From Betaproteobacteria bacterium (GTDB lineage: Bacteria; Pseudomonadota; Gammaproteobacteria; Burkholderiales; SG8-41): a stretch of 56,012 nt of DNA. The translations under genes and the position numbers were made by a program. The notes below the pieces were generated by a model, which did no database searches, was not told the DNA's origin, and saw nothing but the letters and a program-made list of their open reading frames with translations. Location of the stretch: positions 1 through 56,012 of the forward strand of contig JANNPG010000153.1 of assembly GCA_031399805.1 (NCBI GenBank), in the 5' to 3' direction. Below are positions 34,508 to 42,512 of the stretch, one piece after another. Each line of letters starts with the position of its first letter. Position 1 is the stretch's first letter.

Positions 34508-35241
34508 TGAGCATGAGCAAAACATTCGTCTGTCCGCGCAGCCACGTTCCGGCCAACGGTATGGTCGAGTGCGCGGTGGAAGGCGGGTTGAAGCTGCTGG
34601 TGGCGAACACCGGCAGCGAATATTTCGCCTACCAGGCCATGTGCCCGCATCAGGATGTGGCGCTGTGCGAAGGCCTGTATGACGGGGCGGTGCTGACTTG
34701 CCATCAGCACCTGTGGCAGTGGGACATACGCACGGGGGCAGCGATCGGGCTTGCGGAAGCGCCGCTGGAAAGCTTTCCGGTGCAGGTCGAAGGGGACTCC
34801 ATCTACGTCGTCGCGCAAAGTGCGCTCAGCGCGGCGGAACTGTTCGTCGGCATTTCAGGTCAGACGCTGAAGGGCTTAACGGACTTGGCGAAAAAAGAGG
34901 AATTCGACGCCGGCCGCGCACTTTATGACGTCGGCGATCCGGCCGACGATTTCTTCATTCTCGAATCGGGGCGGGTCGAATTCCTGATCGGCCGTGATGA
35001 GCGGGTAAGTCCGGCGGGTTTCATGCTGCGCAAGGGCGAAGTGTTCGGCTGGGCGGCGCTCCTGGACAACCAGCCGCGGCGGATTGCACGCGCGACCTGT
35101 CTGGAGCGCTCCCAGGTGTTGCACATCAACGGCAAGGAGGCACTGCGGGTGCTGGAAGGCGATCCAGCGTCGGGATACGTCGTCATGCGCCGCTTGTCGT
35201 CGCTAATCGCGCGCTATCTGGTATCGTCTGGATCAAAGTAG
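34507..35241 (+). CDS. Fusion protein: Rieske-type [2Fe-2S] ferredoxin (N-terminal) plus an atypical cyclic-nucleotide-binding-like (CNB) domain (C-terminal)
   Basis: Rieske motif CPHQDVALCEGLYDGAVLTCHQH (CXH-X16-CXXH). CNB beta-roll DDFFILESGRVEFLIG...GEVFGWAALLDNQPRRIARATC. TGATG overlap with the reductase stop codon. Confidence 0.85.
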   Translation: MSMSKTFVCPRSHVPANGMVECAVEGGLKLLVANTGSEYFAYQAMCPHQDVALCEGLYDGAVLTCHQHLWQWDIRTGAAIGLAEAPLESFPVQVEGDSIYVVAQSALSAAELFVGISGQTLKGLTDLAKKEEFDAGRALYDVGDPADDFFILESGRVEFLIGRDERVSPAGFMLRKGEVFGWAALLDNQPRRIARATCLERSQVLHINGKEALRVLEGDPASGYVVMRRLSSLIARYLVSSGSK

Positions 35242-35333
35242 GGCACGGGCCGAGTCAGGCAGAGTAACAGCAGCAACCGGGATTTCGAATATTTACCGGC
35301 GGGGAAAAGTTGTTAATCACACAGGAGGATGTC

Positions 35334-36458
35334 ATGCACGCAATAAAACGCTTCATGCAGGTGTTCGCGGTAATTTCCATGCTTGCAGTTATGACGGGGC
35401 AGGGCTGGGCGTCCGATATCGATTTTGGAAAGCCGGGTCAGCCTGTCGAACTGGTAATCGGCTATCAGCCGTATTACACCGAGTCGTGGTCCGGCGTAGT
35501 GATGCGCGGCAAGAAATTTTACGAGAAATATCTGCCTAAAGGCTCGAAAGTCGAATTTCAGGTGGGCCTGCAGGGCGCGATTATCGTCAACAACATGCTC
35601 GCGGGAAAACAGCATATCGGCTACATGGGCGATATGCCGGCTATAGTCTCGACCACGAAGACCGAAACCGCTGACATTCGAATTGTCGCCACCCTGGGCC
35701 TCGGTTTCGACCAGTGCAATATTTTCCTTGCACGCAATGACGCGCCCAAGTTCGCCAATGCCAAGGAAGCGCTGAAGTGGCTGGACGGCAAGCAGGTTGC
35801 GGTTCCGAAAGGCAGCTGCACCGACCGGTTTGCGCAGGCGACGTTCAAGAAGGAAGGCGTGCAGCCCAAAGACTACCTCAATCAGAACATTGAGGTTATC
35901 ACCAGTAATTTCCGTGCGAGCAAGATCGACGCGGCGGTAATCTGGGAACCCACCGCTTCGCGTCTGGTACAGGAAGGACTGGCGCGTCGCATCGCATCCG
36001 GCGCCAGCGTCGATGAAGGCGACGGCGGCTTTCTTGCGATGCGCGCAGATTTGATCAAGCAACGGCCGGACGTGGTCAAGGCCTGGCTGAATGCCGAACT
36101 CGACGCGCAGTTATTCCTCGCCGACGAAAAGAATTCGACCGAGGTAATCAAGATGGCGAAGGAGCAGACCACCGGTTTCTCCGAACGCGCGCTGTGGTAT
36201 TCACTCTATGGCACCTATAGCGCTGAAACCGGGGGCACCAAGACACGCATTAATCTGCACTACACGATTACGCCCCAGGCGCGTGATCTGATCGCGAAAG
36301 CCACCACTTTCCTGCACTCGATCAAAAGCATCAACGTTGCAAAGTTGCGCCCGGAGGCGGTGATGGCGGAGTTTACCGAACAAGTGCTGAAGGAACGTAA
36401 CCTCAAGGCACCGATCGGCGATGTACTCGCATTGCCTGACGCACAGGCACCCAAGTAA
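35334..36458 (+). CDS. ABC transporter periplasmic substrate-binding protein (NitT/TauT, NMT1-like family)
   Basis: Signal peptide ...MTGQGWA. The family call rests on overall resemblance to sulfonate/nitrate/taurine binding proteins and on the adjacent SsuC/TauC-type permeases. GGAGG ribosome-binding site. Confidence 0.8.
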   Translation: MHAIKRFMQVFAVISMLAVMTGQGWASDIDFGKPGQPVELVIGYQPYYTESWSGVVMRGKKFYEKYLPKGSKVEFQVGLQGAIIVNNMLAGKQHIGYMGDMPAIVSTTKTETADIRIVATLGLGFDQCNIFLARNDAPKFANAKEALKWLDGKQVAVPKGSCTDRFAQATFKKEGVQPKDYLNQNIEVITSNFRASKIDAAVIWEPTASRLVQEGLARRIASGASVDEGDGGFLAMRADLIKQRPDVVKAWLNAELDAQLFLADEKNSTEVIKMAKEQTTGFSERALWYSLYGTYSAETGGTKTRINLHYTITPQARDLIAKATTFLHSIKSINVAKLRPEAVMAEFTEQVLKERNLKAPIGDVLALPDAQAPK

Positions 36459-36464
36459 CGGCCC

Positions 36465-36495
36465 ATAAGCCTGCCCGGATCCCGGGCGGGCTTAT
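36465..36495 (+). promoter_or_regulatory. 14-bp hairpin (one mismatch) just after the binding-protein gene; possible intra-operon attenuator or mRNA stabiliser
   Basis: ATAAGCCTGCCCGG-at-CCCGGGCGGGCTTAT; no T-run. Confidence 0.45.
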
Positions 36496-36544
36496 GCTGC
36501 CCGGGAAAATTAATGTGTAAAATTTTGGCGAAAAACGACCAACG

Positions 36545-37894
36545 ATGATGGAAGCGGTACAGAACACCGGCGCGCCAACGGCGGTTACGCCGGACATATT
36601 CCGGCGGACAATGCCGTTCCAGGTCGTCTCGGACGACCTGTTGGGCAAAATCGCCCTGCTCGGCAAACGCGTCTCCTACGCGAAAGATGCGGTGATTTAC
36701 AACGTAGGCGACGCCGCCGATGACATCTTCATCATCGTATCCGGACAGGTCGAGCACGCGCTCGAGCCGGGGGCGCAGGCGCGTCGCCCGGTCAAGATAC
36801 TGGGTCCCGGCGACGTTTTCGGGTGGGCGGCACTGCTTGAGAGTTATCCGCACCGTCTGGCGAAGGCCGTGTGCCATGATCCCACTCAGATCATTCGCGT
36901 TAACGGGGACAAGCTGCTGCGTTTACTGGAATCCGACCCCGACGCCGGCGACGTGGTCATGAGCCGGTTCGCAACCATGATCACCCGCGATTACACGGTG
37001 CCCGACCTGATCGCCCAGTTGCGCCAGATTCACCATAATATTCATGCCGGTGATATACAGGGCATGAATCTCACACTGTTCCGGTTCCGCCAGTGGATCA
37101 AGAGTCCGCGACCCTACCTGATGGTGATCGGTTTCGCATTATTTCTGGGATTCTGGTATCTGTCGGTGGAGGTCTGGAAACTGCCGCGGTTCCGGGATAT
37201 GCCCGGCATCACGGTGGTGGTCAAGGAGTGGCTTAACCCCGATCCGGCGTTTGGTTTGTCGATTTACACGGCGGAGTACTACACGCATATCTGGGTGAGC
37301 ATCTGGCGCGTGACGCAGGCGTTTTTTCTGGCCACCGTGCTCGGCGTGTCGGTGGGCTTGCTGCTCGGCTGGTCGAAGCAATTCAAGGAATATGTGTTCC
37401 CGGTATTTGAAACGCTGCGCCCGATTCCGATTCTCGCGTGGGTGCCGCTGGCAATCGTGATGTTCGTTGCCACCGAATCAGCGGTGATTTACCTTACCTT
37501 TCTCGCCTCGTTTTTCGCGACCGCGCTGAATACCATGCTTGGAGTCGAGTCCATTGAGGAGTCCTATGTGCGTGCGGCGTACTGCTTGGGGGCCAAGCGT
37601 TCGCAGGTGTTTCGTCACGTTATTGTGCCCGGTGCGCTTCCATTCATATTTACCGGCCTGCAGATTTCGGTCGGAGTTTCATGGTTTTCGCTGGTCGCGG
37701 CGGAAATGGTGTCCGGCCAGTACGGCCTGGGTTACGTCATTAACACTTCCTATACGATGGTGCGCTACCCGACGATCGTTATAGGCATGATCACACTCGG
37801 TTTTGTCGGCTATGTTACAAGTGCCATGGTGCGCGTTCTGGGTGATCATCTAATGCAGTGGCGCACGCGCGAACTCGCGCTGGGTGGACAATGA
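36545..37894 (+). CDS. Fusion protein: atypical CNB domain (N-terminal, about 150 aa) plus an ABC permease (BPD_transp_1, SsuC/TauC/NrtB-like)
   Basis: CNB domain DDIFIIVSGQVEH...GDVFGWAALLESYPHRLAKAVC. Then six predicted transmembrane segments with the EAA loop ESYVRAAYCLGAKRSQVFRHVIVPGALP. Confidence 0.85.
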   Translation: MMEAVQNTGAPTAVTPDIFRRTMPFQVVSDDLLGKIALLGKRVSYAKDAVIYNVGDAADDIFIIVSGQVEHALEPGAQARRPVKILGPGDVFGWAALLESYPHRLAKAVCHDPTQIIRVNGDKLLRLLESDPDAGDVVMSRFATMITRDYTVPDLIAQLRQIHHNIHAGDIQGMNLTLFRFRQWIKSPRPYLMVIGFALFLGFWYLSVEVWKLPRFRDMPGITVVVKEWLNPDPAFGLSIYTAEYYTHIWVSIWRVTQAFFLATVLGVSVGLLLGWSKQFKEYVFPVFETLRPIPILAWVPLAIVMFVATESAVIYLTFLASFFATALNTMLGVESIEESYVRAAYCLGAKRSQVFRHVIVPGALPFIFTGLQISVGVSWFSLVAAEMVSGQYGLGYVINTSYTMVRYPTIVIGMITLGFVGYVTSAMVRVLGDHLMQWRTRELALGGQ

Positions 37895-38754
37895 CGTCCG
37901 CGGTGCCGCAGCTGGCGCAAAGCGCGCGTGCGATCACGCGCGGGGCAATTAGCATAGAAGACGTGGTCAAGATTTACGATCCGGATGGTGCTGCGGTAAT
38001 GGCGGTCGACCATTGCTCGCTCGACATCAGCGCCGGCGAAATCTGCATGATTGTCGGGCCGTCCGGTTGCGGCAAGACAACGTTGCTCAACGCAATCGCG
38101 GGTTTTCACGCGATCACGTCGGGCCGCATACTCCTGGATGGCGAAGTACTGTGCAGCGCGGAGAAGCCGAAGGCCGAACCGGGCTCGGATCGCATCGTCG
38201 TGTTTCAGAACGGCGCCTTGTTCCCGTGGAAAACCAACCTCGAAAACGTCGCATTCGGTCCGGTTATGCAGGGAACCATGAGCCGTGCCGAGGCGAACGA
38301 AAAGGCTCTGGGCATGATGGCCGACGCCGGTCTGGCGGGCGTCGAACACAATTTCCCCGGCGAGGTCTCGTCCGGCACCCGTCGACGCGTCGAGATCGTG
38401 CGCGCGTTGATGAATAATCCGAAGGTATTGTTGCTCGATGAGCCGTATCGCGCGCTCGATTCGCTGACCAAATCGGTAATGCACGAAGCGCTGCTCGAAA
38501 TCTATTACAAGAACAAGGTCACGATTTTTTTCATCACCCACGATCTGGAAGAAGCAATTTTTCTCGGCCACAAGGTCGCGATCATGACGACGCGCCCGTG
38601 CAAGCCGAAAAAGATCCTTGACGTGGATATTCCGCACCCGCGTGACTATAGCGCGCTCACCTCGAAGCGATTTCGTGAATTGATGGAAGAAACCAACGAG
38701 GCGGTGCACGAAGAAGCACTCAAGGCGTTTGCCGCCGGCGAAAAGGAGGGTTAG
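37891..38754 (+). CDS. ABC ATPase 1 (degenerate signature motif)
   Basis: Walker A GPSGCGKTT, Q-loop VFQNGALFPW, Walker B LLLDEP, and H-loop ITHD. The signature reads VSSGTRRR instead of LSGGQ/M. ATGA overlap with the permease. Confidence 0.88.
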   Translation: MTSAVPQLAQSARAITRGAISIEDVVKIYDPDGAAVMAVDHCSLDISAGEICMIVGPSGCGKTTLLNAIAGFHAITSGRILLDGEVLCSAEKPKAEPGSDRIVVFQNGALFPWKTNLENVAFGPVMQGTMSRAEANEKALGMMADAGLAGVEHNFPGEVSSGTRRRVEIVRALMNNPKVLLLDEPYRALDSLTKSVMHEALLEIYYKNKVTIFFITHDLEEAIFLGHKVAIMTTRPCKPKKILDVDIPHPRDYSALTSKRFRELMEETNEAVHEEALKAFAAGEKEG

Positions 38755-38757
38755 ACC

Positions 38758-39633
38758 GTGCCCGCGCGCAAGCCTGCTTTCATAAATTCGACGTACTGGC
38801 GCGGCGCCATCTCGATTCTCGTGTTTCTTGCGCTGTGGCAGATCGGCTCGTTGTCCAAGGTCTGGATCAAGTGGGAGGCCTTTGAATGGTTGCGCTACAT
38901 GCTTACGGCGTCGGGGTTCAAGCCGGTGTATCTGCCGTGGATAGGCGCGGTGCCGGCACCGACCGAAGTGCTGCATGCCTGGCTCGGCGTTATCAATGAT
39001 CCCGGTTATTGGCAAAGCTGGTATATGAGCTTCTTTCGCGTAATGTCTGGATTTATCGCGGCGATGCTGATCGGCATACCCTTCGGGCTGATGCTTGCGG
39101 TAAGCCGCACGGCATTCGGCATCGGATTTCCGGTATTCGAGGTGCTGCGTCCGATTCCTCCGCTGGCGTGGGTGCCGGCATCGATAATTTTCTGGCCGAC
39201 CCAGGAGTTGTCGATTGCGTTCGTGACATTTCTGGGCGCGTTTTACACGATCGTCATTAACGTCGTGGGCGGTGCGCGCTCGATCGACCTGCGCTATTTC
39301 CATGCGGCGCGCTCGATGGGATCAAGTCAATGGGACATATTCTGGCGCATTACCCTGCCTGGCACGCTGCCGTCCATCATGATCGGGTCGGCGGTCGGCA
39401 TGGGCATCACGTGGGAAGTCGTCGTGGCAGCCGAAATGATTTCGGGGGGAGGCAGCCAGATCGGCGGGACCAGTGGCGGCGGACTCGGTTTTTTCATCTG
39501 GAATTCGTATATCGGCGGCTCGTACGAGCAAATCGTGGTCGGCATGATAAGCATCGGCATTGCGGGATTCGTGTCCAGCGAACTGCTGCGCGCGCTCGGC
39601 AAGCGGGTAACACCGTGGCTGCAACTCAGATGA
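38758..39633 (+). CDS. ABC permease 2 (SsuC/TauC-like)
   Basis: EAA loop RYFHAARSMGSSQWDIFWRITLPGTLP and multiple transmembrane segments. Confidence 0.88.
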   Translation: MPARKPAFINSTYWRGAISILVFLALWQIGSLSKVWIKWEAFEWLRYMLTASGFKPVYLPWIGAVPAPTEVLHAWLGVINDPGYWQSWYMSFFRVMSGFIAAMLIGIPFGLMLAVSRTAFGIGFPVFEVLRPIPPLAWVPASIIFWPTQELSIAFVTFLGAFYTIVINVVGGARSIDLRYFHAARSMGSSQWDIFWRITLPGTLPSIMIGSAVGMGITWEVVVAAEMISGGGSQIGGTSGGGLGFFIWNSYIGGSYEQIVVGMISIGIAGFVSSELLRALGKRVTPWLQLR

Positions 39634-39649
39634 TGCGCCGGCGGCGGAT

Positions 39650-40516
39650 ATGAGTGTAGCGGTGCGCAACGCGATGGAATCGGGCGAAATCGTGGCGAGC
39701 CACGTCAGCAAGAGCTATGGTGCCGCGCATTTCAGTAAAGACGTGGTCAAGGATTGTTCGTTCATCATCGAGCGCAGCAAGTTGACGGTGATGATCGGCC
39801 CTTCCGGCTGCGGCAAGAGCACTTTGATCAGGCTGCTCGCGGGATTCGAGATGCCGACCAGCGGTAATCTCACGCTTAACGGCGAGCCGATTACGGCACC
39901 GGGGCGTGACCGGCTGGTGCTGTTCCAGGAAACCGCGCTGTTTCCGTGGATGACGACTTACGACAACATACTCTACGGTCCGCGCGCGCGCGGCGAGGTT
40001 ACCCCGGAGACGCTGGAGCTTGCCGAATTCCTGCTCAATAAAGTGGGGTTGCAGGAGTTCCGGAAAAAATACCCGACCCAGCTGTCGGGCGGCATGCAGC
40101 GCCGCGCCGAACTCGCACGCGCGATGATCAATAATCCAGCGGTGATGATACTCGACGAGCCGTTTCGCGGACTCGATGCGATGACCAAGGAGCTGATGTG
40201 GGAGTATTACTCGGCGCTTTATGAAGAAAACCGCAGCACCAATTTCTTTGTGACCACGGACATTGACGAGGCGATATTCCTGGCGGACCGGTTACTGATC
40301 ATGTCCAATATCCCGACTCAGGTGCGCGCGGTGCTCGAAGTCGATGTCCCGCGCCCGCGTAAGCTGGCCGACCTGATCGAGAACGACCGTTCGAACGAGA
40401 TCAAGATGGAGGCATTGTCGATCCTGCATGACGAGGCAATGAAATCATTTTCCCGCGGCAGTAAAGCGGCCGCCGATTTCGTTGACGCCTACTCGAAACG
40501 CGTCACAAAAACCTAG
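39650..40516 (+). CDS. ABC ATPase 2 (canonical signature, degenerate H-loop)
   Basis: Walker A GPSGCGKST, signature LSGGMQRR, and Walker B MILDEP. The switch histidine is replaced (FFVTTDIDEA). Confidence 0.88.
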   Translation: MSVAVRNAMESGEIVASHVSKSYGAAHFSKDVVKDCSFIIERSKLTVMIGPSGCGKSTLIRLLAGFEMPTSGNLTLNGEPITAPGRDRLVLFQETALFPWMTTYDNILYGPRARGEVTPETLELAEFLLNKVGLQEFRKKYPTQLSGGMQRRAELARAMINNPAVMILDEPFRGLDAMTKELMWEYYSALYEENRSTNFFVTTDIDEAIFLADRLLIMSNIPTQVRAVLEVDVPRPRKLADLIENDRSNEIKMEALSILHDEAMKSFSRGSKAAADFVDAYSKRVTKT

Positions 40517-40529
40517 GGCGGATGACGGC

Positions 40530-40724
40530 ATGGACTGGATATTGACAAAGGAAACCGTGGTCGGACTGGCTGTTTTGGGAGCACTGCCGTCCATTGCAGC
40601 CAGCGTGTTGCAGGTCCGCGGCAGCATCAGTGCGCCGCGTGCGAGGCAGCTGAACATTCTAGGCTACGGTTTGATGGGGCTGAGCATGGTGTTATTCATC
40701 GTGGTCGGCTTGCGGCTGCGCTAG
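40530..40724 (+). CDS. Small two-transmembrane hypothetical membrane protein (64 aa)
   Basis: MDWILTKETVVGLAVLGALPSIAASV...LNILGYGLMGLSMVLFIVVGL. It is tightly packed between the ABC ATPase and folD genes. I recognise no homology. Confidence 0.4.
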   Translation: MDWILTKETVVGLAVLGALPSIAASVLQVRGSISAPRARQLNILGYGLMGLSMVLFIVVGLRLR

Positions 40725-40749
40725 ATTTCGAGCCGAAGCGAAAGCGCCA

Positions 40750-41634
40750 GTGTCCGCAAAGGTCATCGACGGCAACGCAGTTGCGCGCCACGTCAGAAGC
40801 GTGTGGAAGACGCGTGTGGATGTGCTCAAGGCGCGAGGCGTCACGCCGGGGCTTGCCGTCATCATTGTTGGCGACAGTCCGGCATCCCGCATCTATGTGC
40901 GCAACAAGGTCAAGGCATGCGGGGAGGTCGGGCTGCATTCGGAAACTCATGAGTTTCCCGCCAATGCGGCGGAACCGATGATCATCACCCGTATCGAGGA
41001 ACTCAACCGGAACCCGAAGATTCACGGCATTCTGGTACAACTGCCGCTGCCGCCACAGCTTGAGACGCGGCGTCTGCTCGGCGCGATTTCGATTGAAAAA
41101 GATGTCGATGGTTTCCACCTATACAACGTCGGCGGCCTGGTGGTAGGGGAGAACAACATCTTTCCGCCGTGCACGCCGTATGGAGTGCAATGCCTGCTCG
41201 AGTACGAGAAGATTCCGATCGAGGGGCAGAACGTCGTCGTGGTCGGCGCCAGCAACATCGTCGGCAAGCCGATGGCGCTGATGCTGATGGCCAAGGATGC
41301 AACCGTGAGCATCTGCCATATCAAGACGCGTGATCTCGCGCAGTACACGATACTGGCCGATATCCTGATCGTAGCGGCCGGCTGTCCCGGCCTTATCACG
41401 GCGCCGATGGTCAAGCGCGGCGCGGTAGTCATCGATGTCGGCATCAACCGGCTGCCCAATGGCACGCTCGCTGGAGACGTTGATTTCGCCGGCGTGAAGG
41501 ACAAGGCGTCTTACATCACGCCGGTGCCGGGCGGTGTCGGGCCAATGACAGTCACCATGCTCATATGCAATACTGTCGCCGCCGCCGAACGAGCCGTCGG
41601 CCGGAATGCTGAAAAAACTCCCGCATCCGCCTGA
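40750..41634 (+). CDS. folD: Bifunctional methylene-THF dehydrogenase/methenyl-THF cyclohydrolase, copy 1
   Basis: PASRIYVRNKVKAC, HGILVQLPLP, DVDGFH, and TPVPGGVGPMTV. Confidence 0.92.
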   Translation: MSAKVIDGNAVARHVRSVWKTRVDVLKARGVTPGLAVIIVGDSPASRIYVRNKVKACGEVGLHSETHEFPANAAEPMIITRIEELNRNPKIHGILVQLPLPPQLETRRLLGAISIEKDVDGFHLYNVGGLVVGENNIFPPCTPYGVQCLLEYEKIPIEGQNVVVVGASNIVGKPMALMLMAKDATVSICHIKTRDLAQYTILADILIVAAGCPGLITAPMVKRGAVVIDVGINRLPNGTLAGDVDFAGVKDKASYITPVPGGVGPMTVTMLICNTVAAAERAVGRNAEKTPASA

Positions 41635-41649
41635 TTCCAGTCATTGAAT

Positions 41650-42507
41650 ATGGCCGCGACCCTGCTTGACGGAGCGGCCATAGCCCGGCAGGTTTACTCG
41701 GGGCTCAGGCAACGCATCGGATCGCTACGCGCCGGTGGTGTCCGGCCCGGACTGGCTGCACTGCTGATCGGAGACAATCCGGCGTCACGGATATACGTCA
41801 GGAACAAAGTTCACGCTTGCAGCGAGGTTGGCGTCTACTCGGAAGTGCACCCACTCGCGGCAGATTGCACGGAGGAAGAGGTGCTTGCCACCGTGCGGCG
41901 CCTGAATGCAGATTCCGCAATTCACGGCATACTCGTACAGCTCCCGCTGCCCGCGCAGTTGCGCCCGGAGCGTGTACTGCAAGCCATTGCGCCCGCCAAG
42001 GATGTCGATGGCTTCAACTGGCTGAACCTTGGCGCGATGATTGCCGGGCATCCCCTGCTTGCGCCGTGCACGCCGCTGGGCGTGATGGCCATGCTCGATC
42101 ACGCCGGTGTTGCGATCGAAGGCCGCAGCGCAGTCGTAGTCGGGCGCAGCGCCATCGTCGGCAAGCCGCTTGCAATGATGCTGATCGCGCGTGGCGCAAC
42201 CGTAAGCGTGTGCCATTCGAAAACGGTCGACCTGCGGCAGTACACCCTGATGGCGGATATTCTGGTTATCGCGGTCGGCAGGCCCGGTCTGGTCGACGGC
42301 AGTATGATCAAACCGGGCGCAGTGGTAATCGATGTAGGTATCAACCGCATGTCCAGCGGCAAGCTGGCGGGTGATGTCGATTTTGCGTCCGGCAGCCTGA
42401 TTGCATCGAAAATTACGCCGGTGCCCGGCGGCGTTGGACCAATGACGGTTGCGATGCTGATTGCAAACACCGTGACCGCCGCCGAGCGCAGCGTCGGCGG
42501 CGGCTGA
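41650..42507 (+). CDS. folD: Bifunctional methylene-THF dehydrogenase/methenyl-THF cyclohydrolase, copy 2 (tandem paralog)
   Basis: Same motif set (PASRIYVRNKVHAC, HGILVQLPLP, DVDGFN, TPVPGGVGPMTV), but clearly diverged from copy 1. Confidence 0.92.
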   Translation: MAATLLDGAAIARQVYSGLRQRIGSLRAGGVRPGLAALLIGDNPASRIYVRNKVHACSEVGVYSEVHPLAADCTEEEVLATVRRLNADSAIHGILVQLPLPAQLRPERVLQAIAPAKDVDGFNWLNLGAMIAGHPLLAPCTPLGVMAMLDHAGVAIEGRSAVVVGRSAIVGKPLAMMLIARGATVSVCHSKTVDLRQYTLMADILVIAVGRPGLVDGSMIKPGAVVIDVGINRMSSGKLAGDVDFASGSLIASKITPVPGGVGPMTVAMLIANTVTAAERSVGGG

Positions 42508-42512
42508 AATAA

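Noticed and set aside
35242-35333. GGGCACGGGCCGAGTC upstream of the binding-protein gene looked superficially like a -24 element.
   Set aside because: It lacks the TGGCA core and any TTGC at the right distance. It is more likely just an intra-operon spacer.
37846-39303. 485-aa minus-strand ORF spanning ABC ATPase 1 and permease 2.
   Set aside because: It crosses a gene boundary on the opposite strand. It has an extreme Arg/His composition and no motifs. The plus-strand genes have complete ABC signatures.
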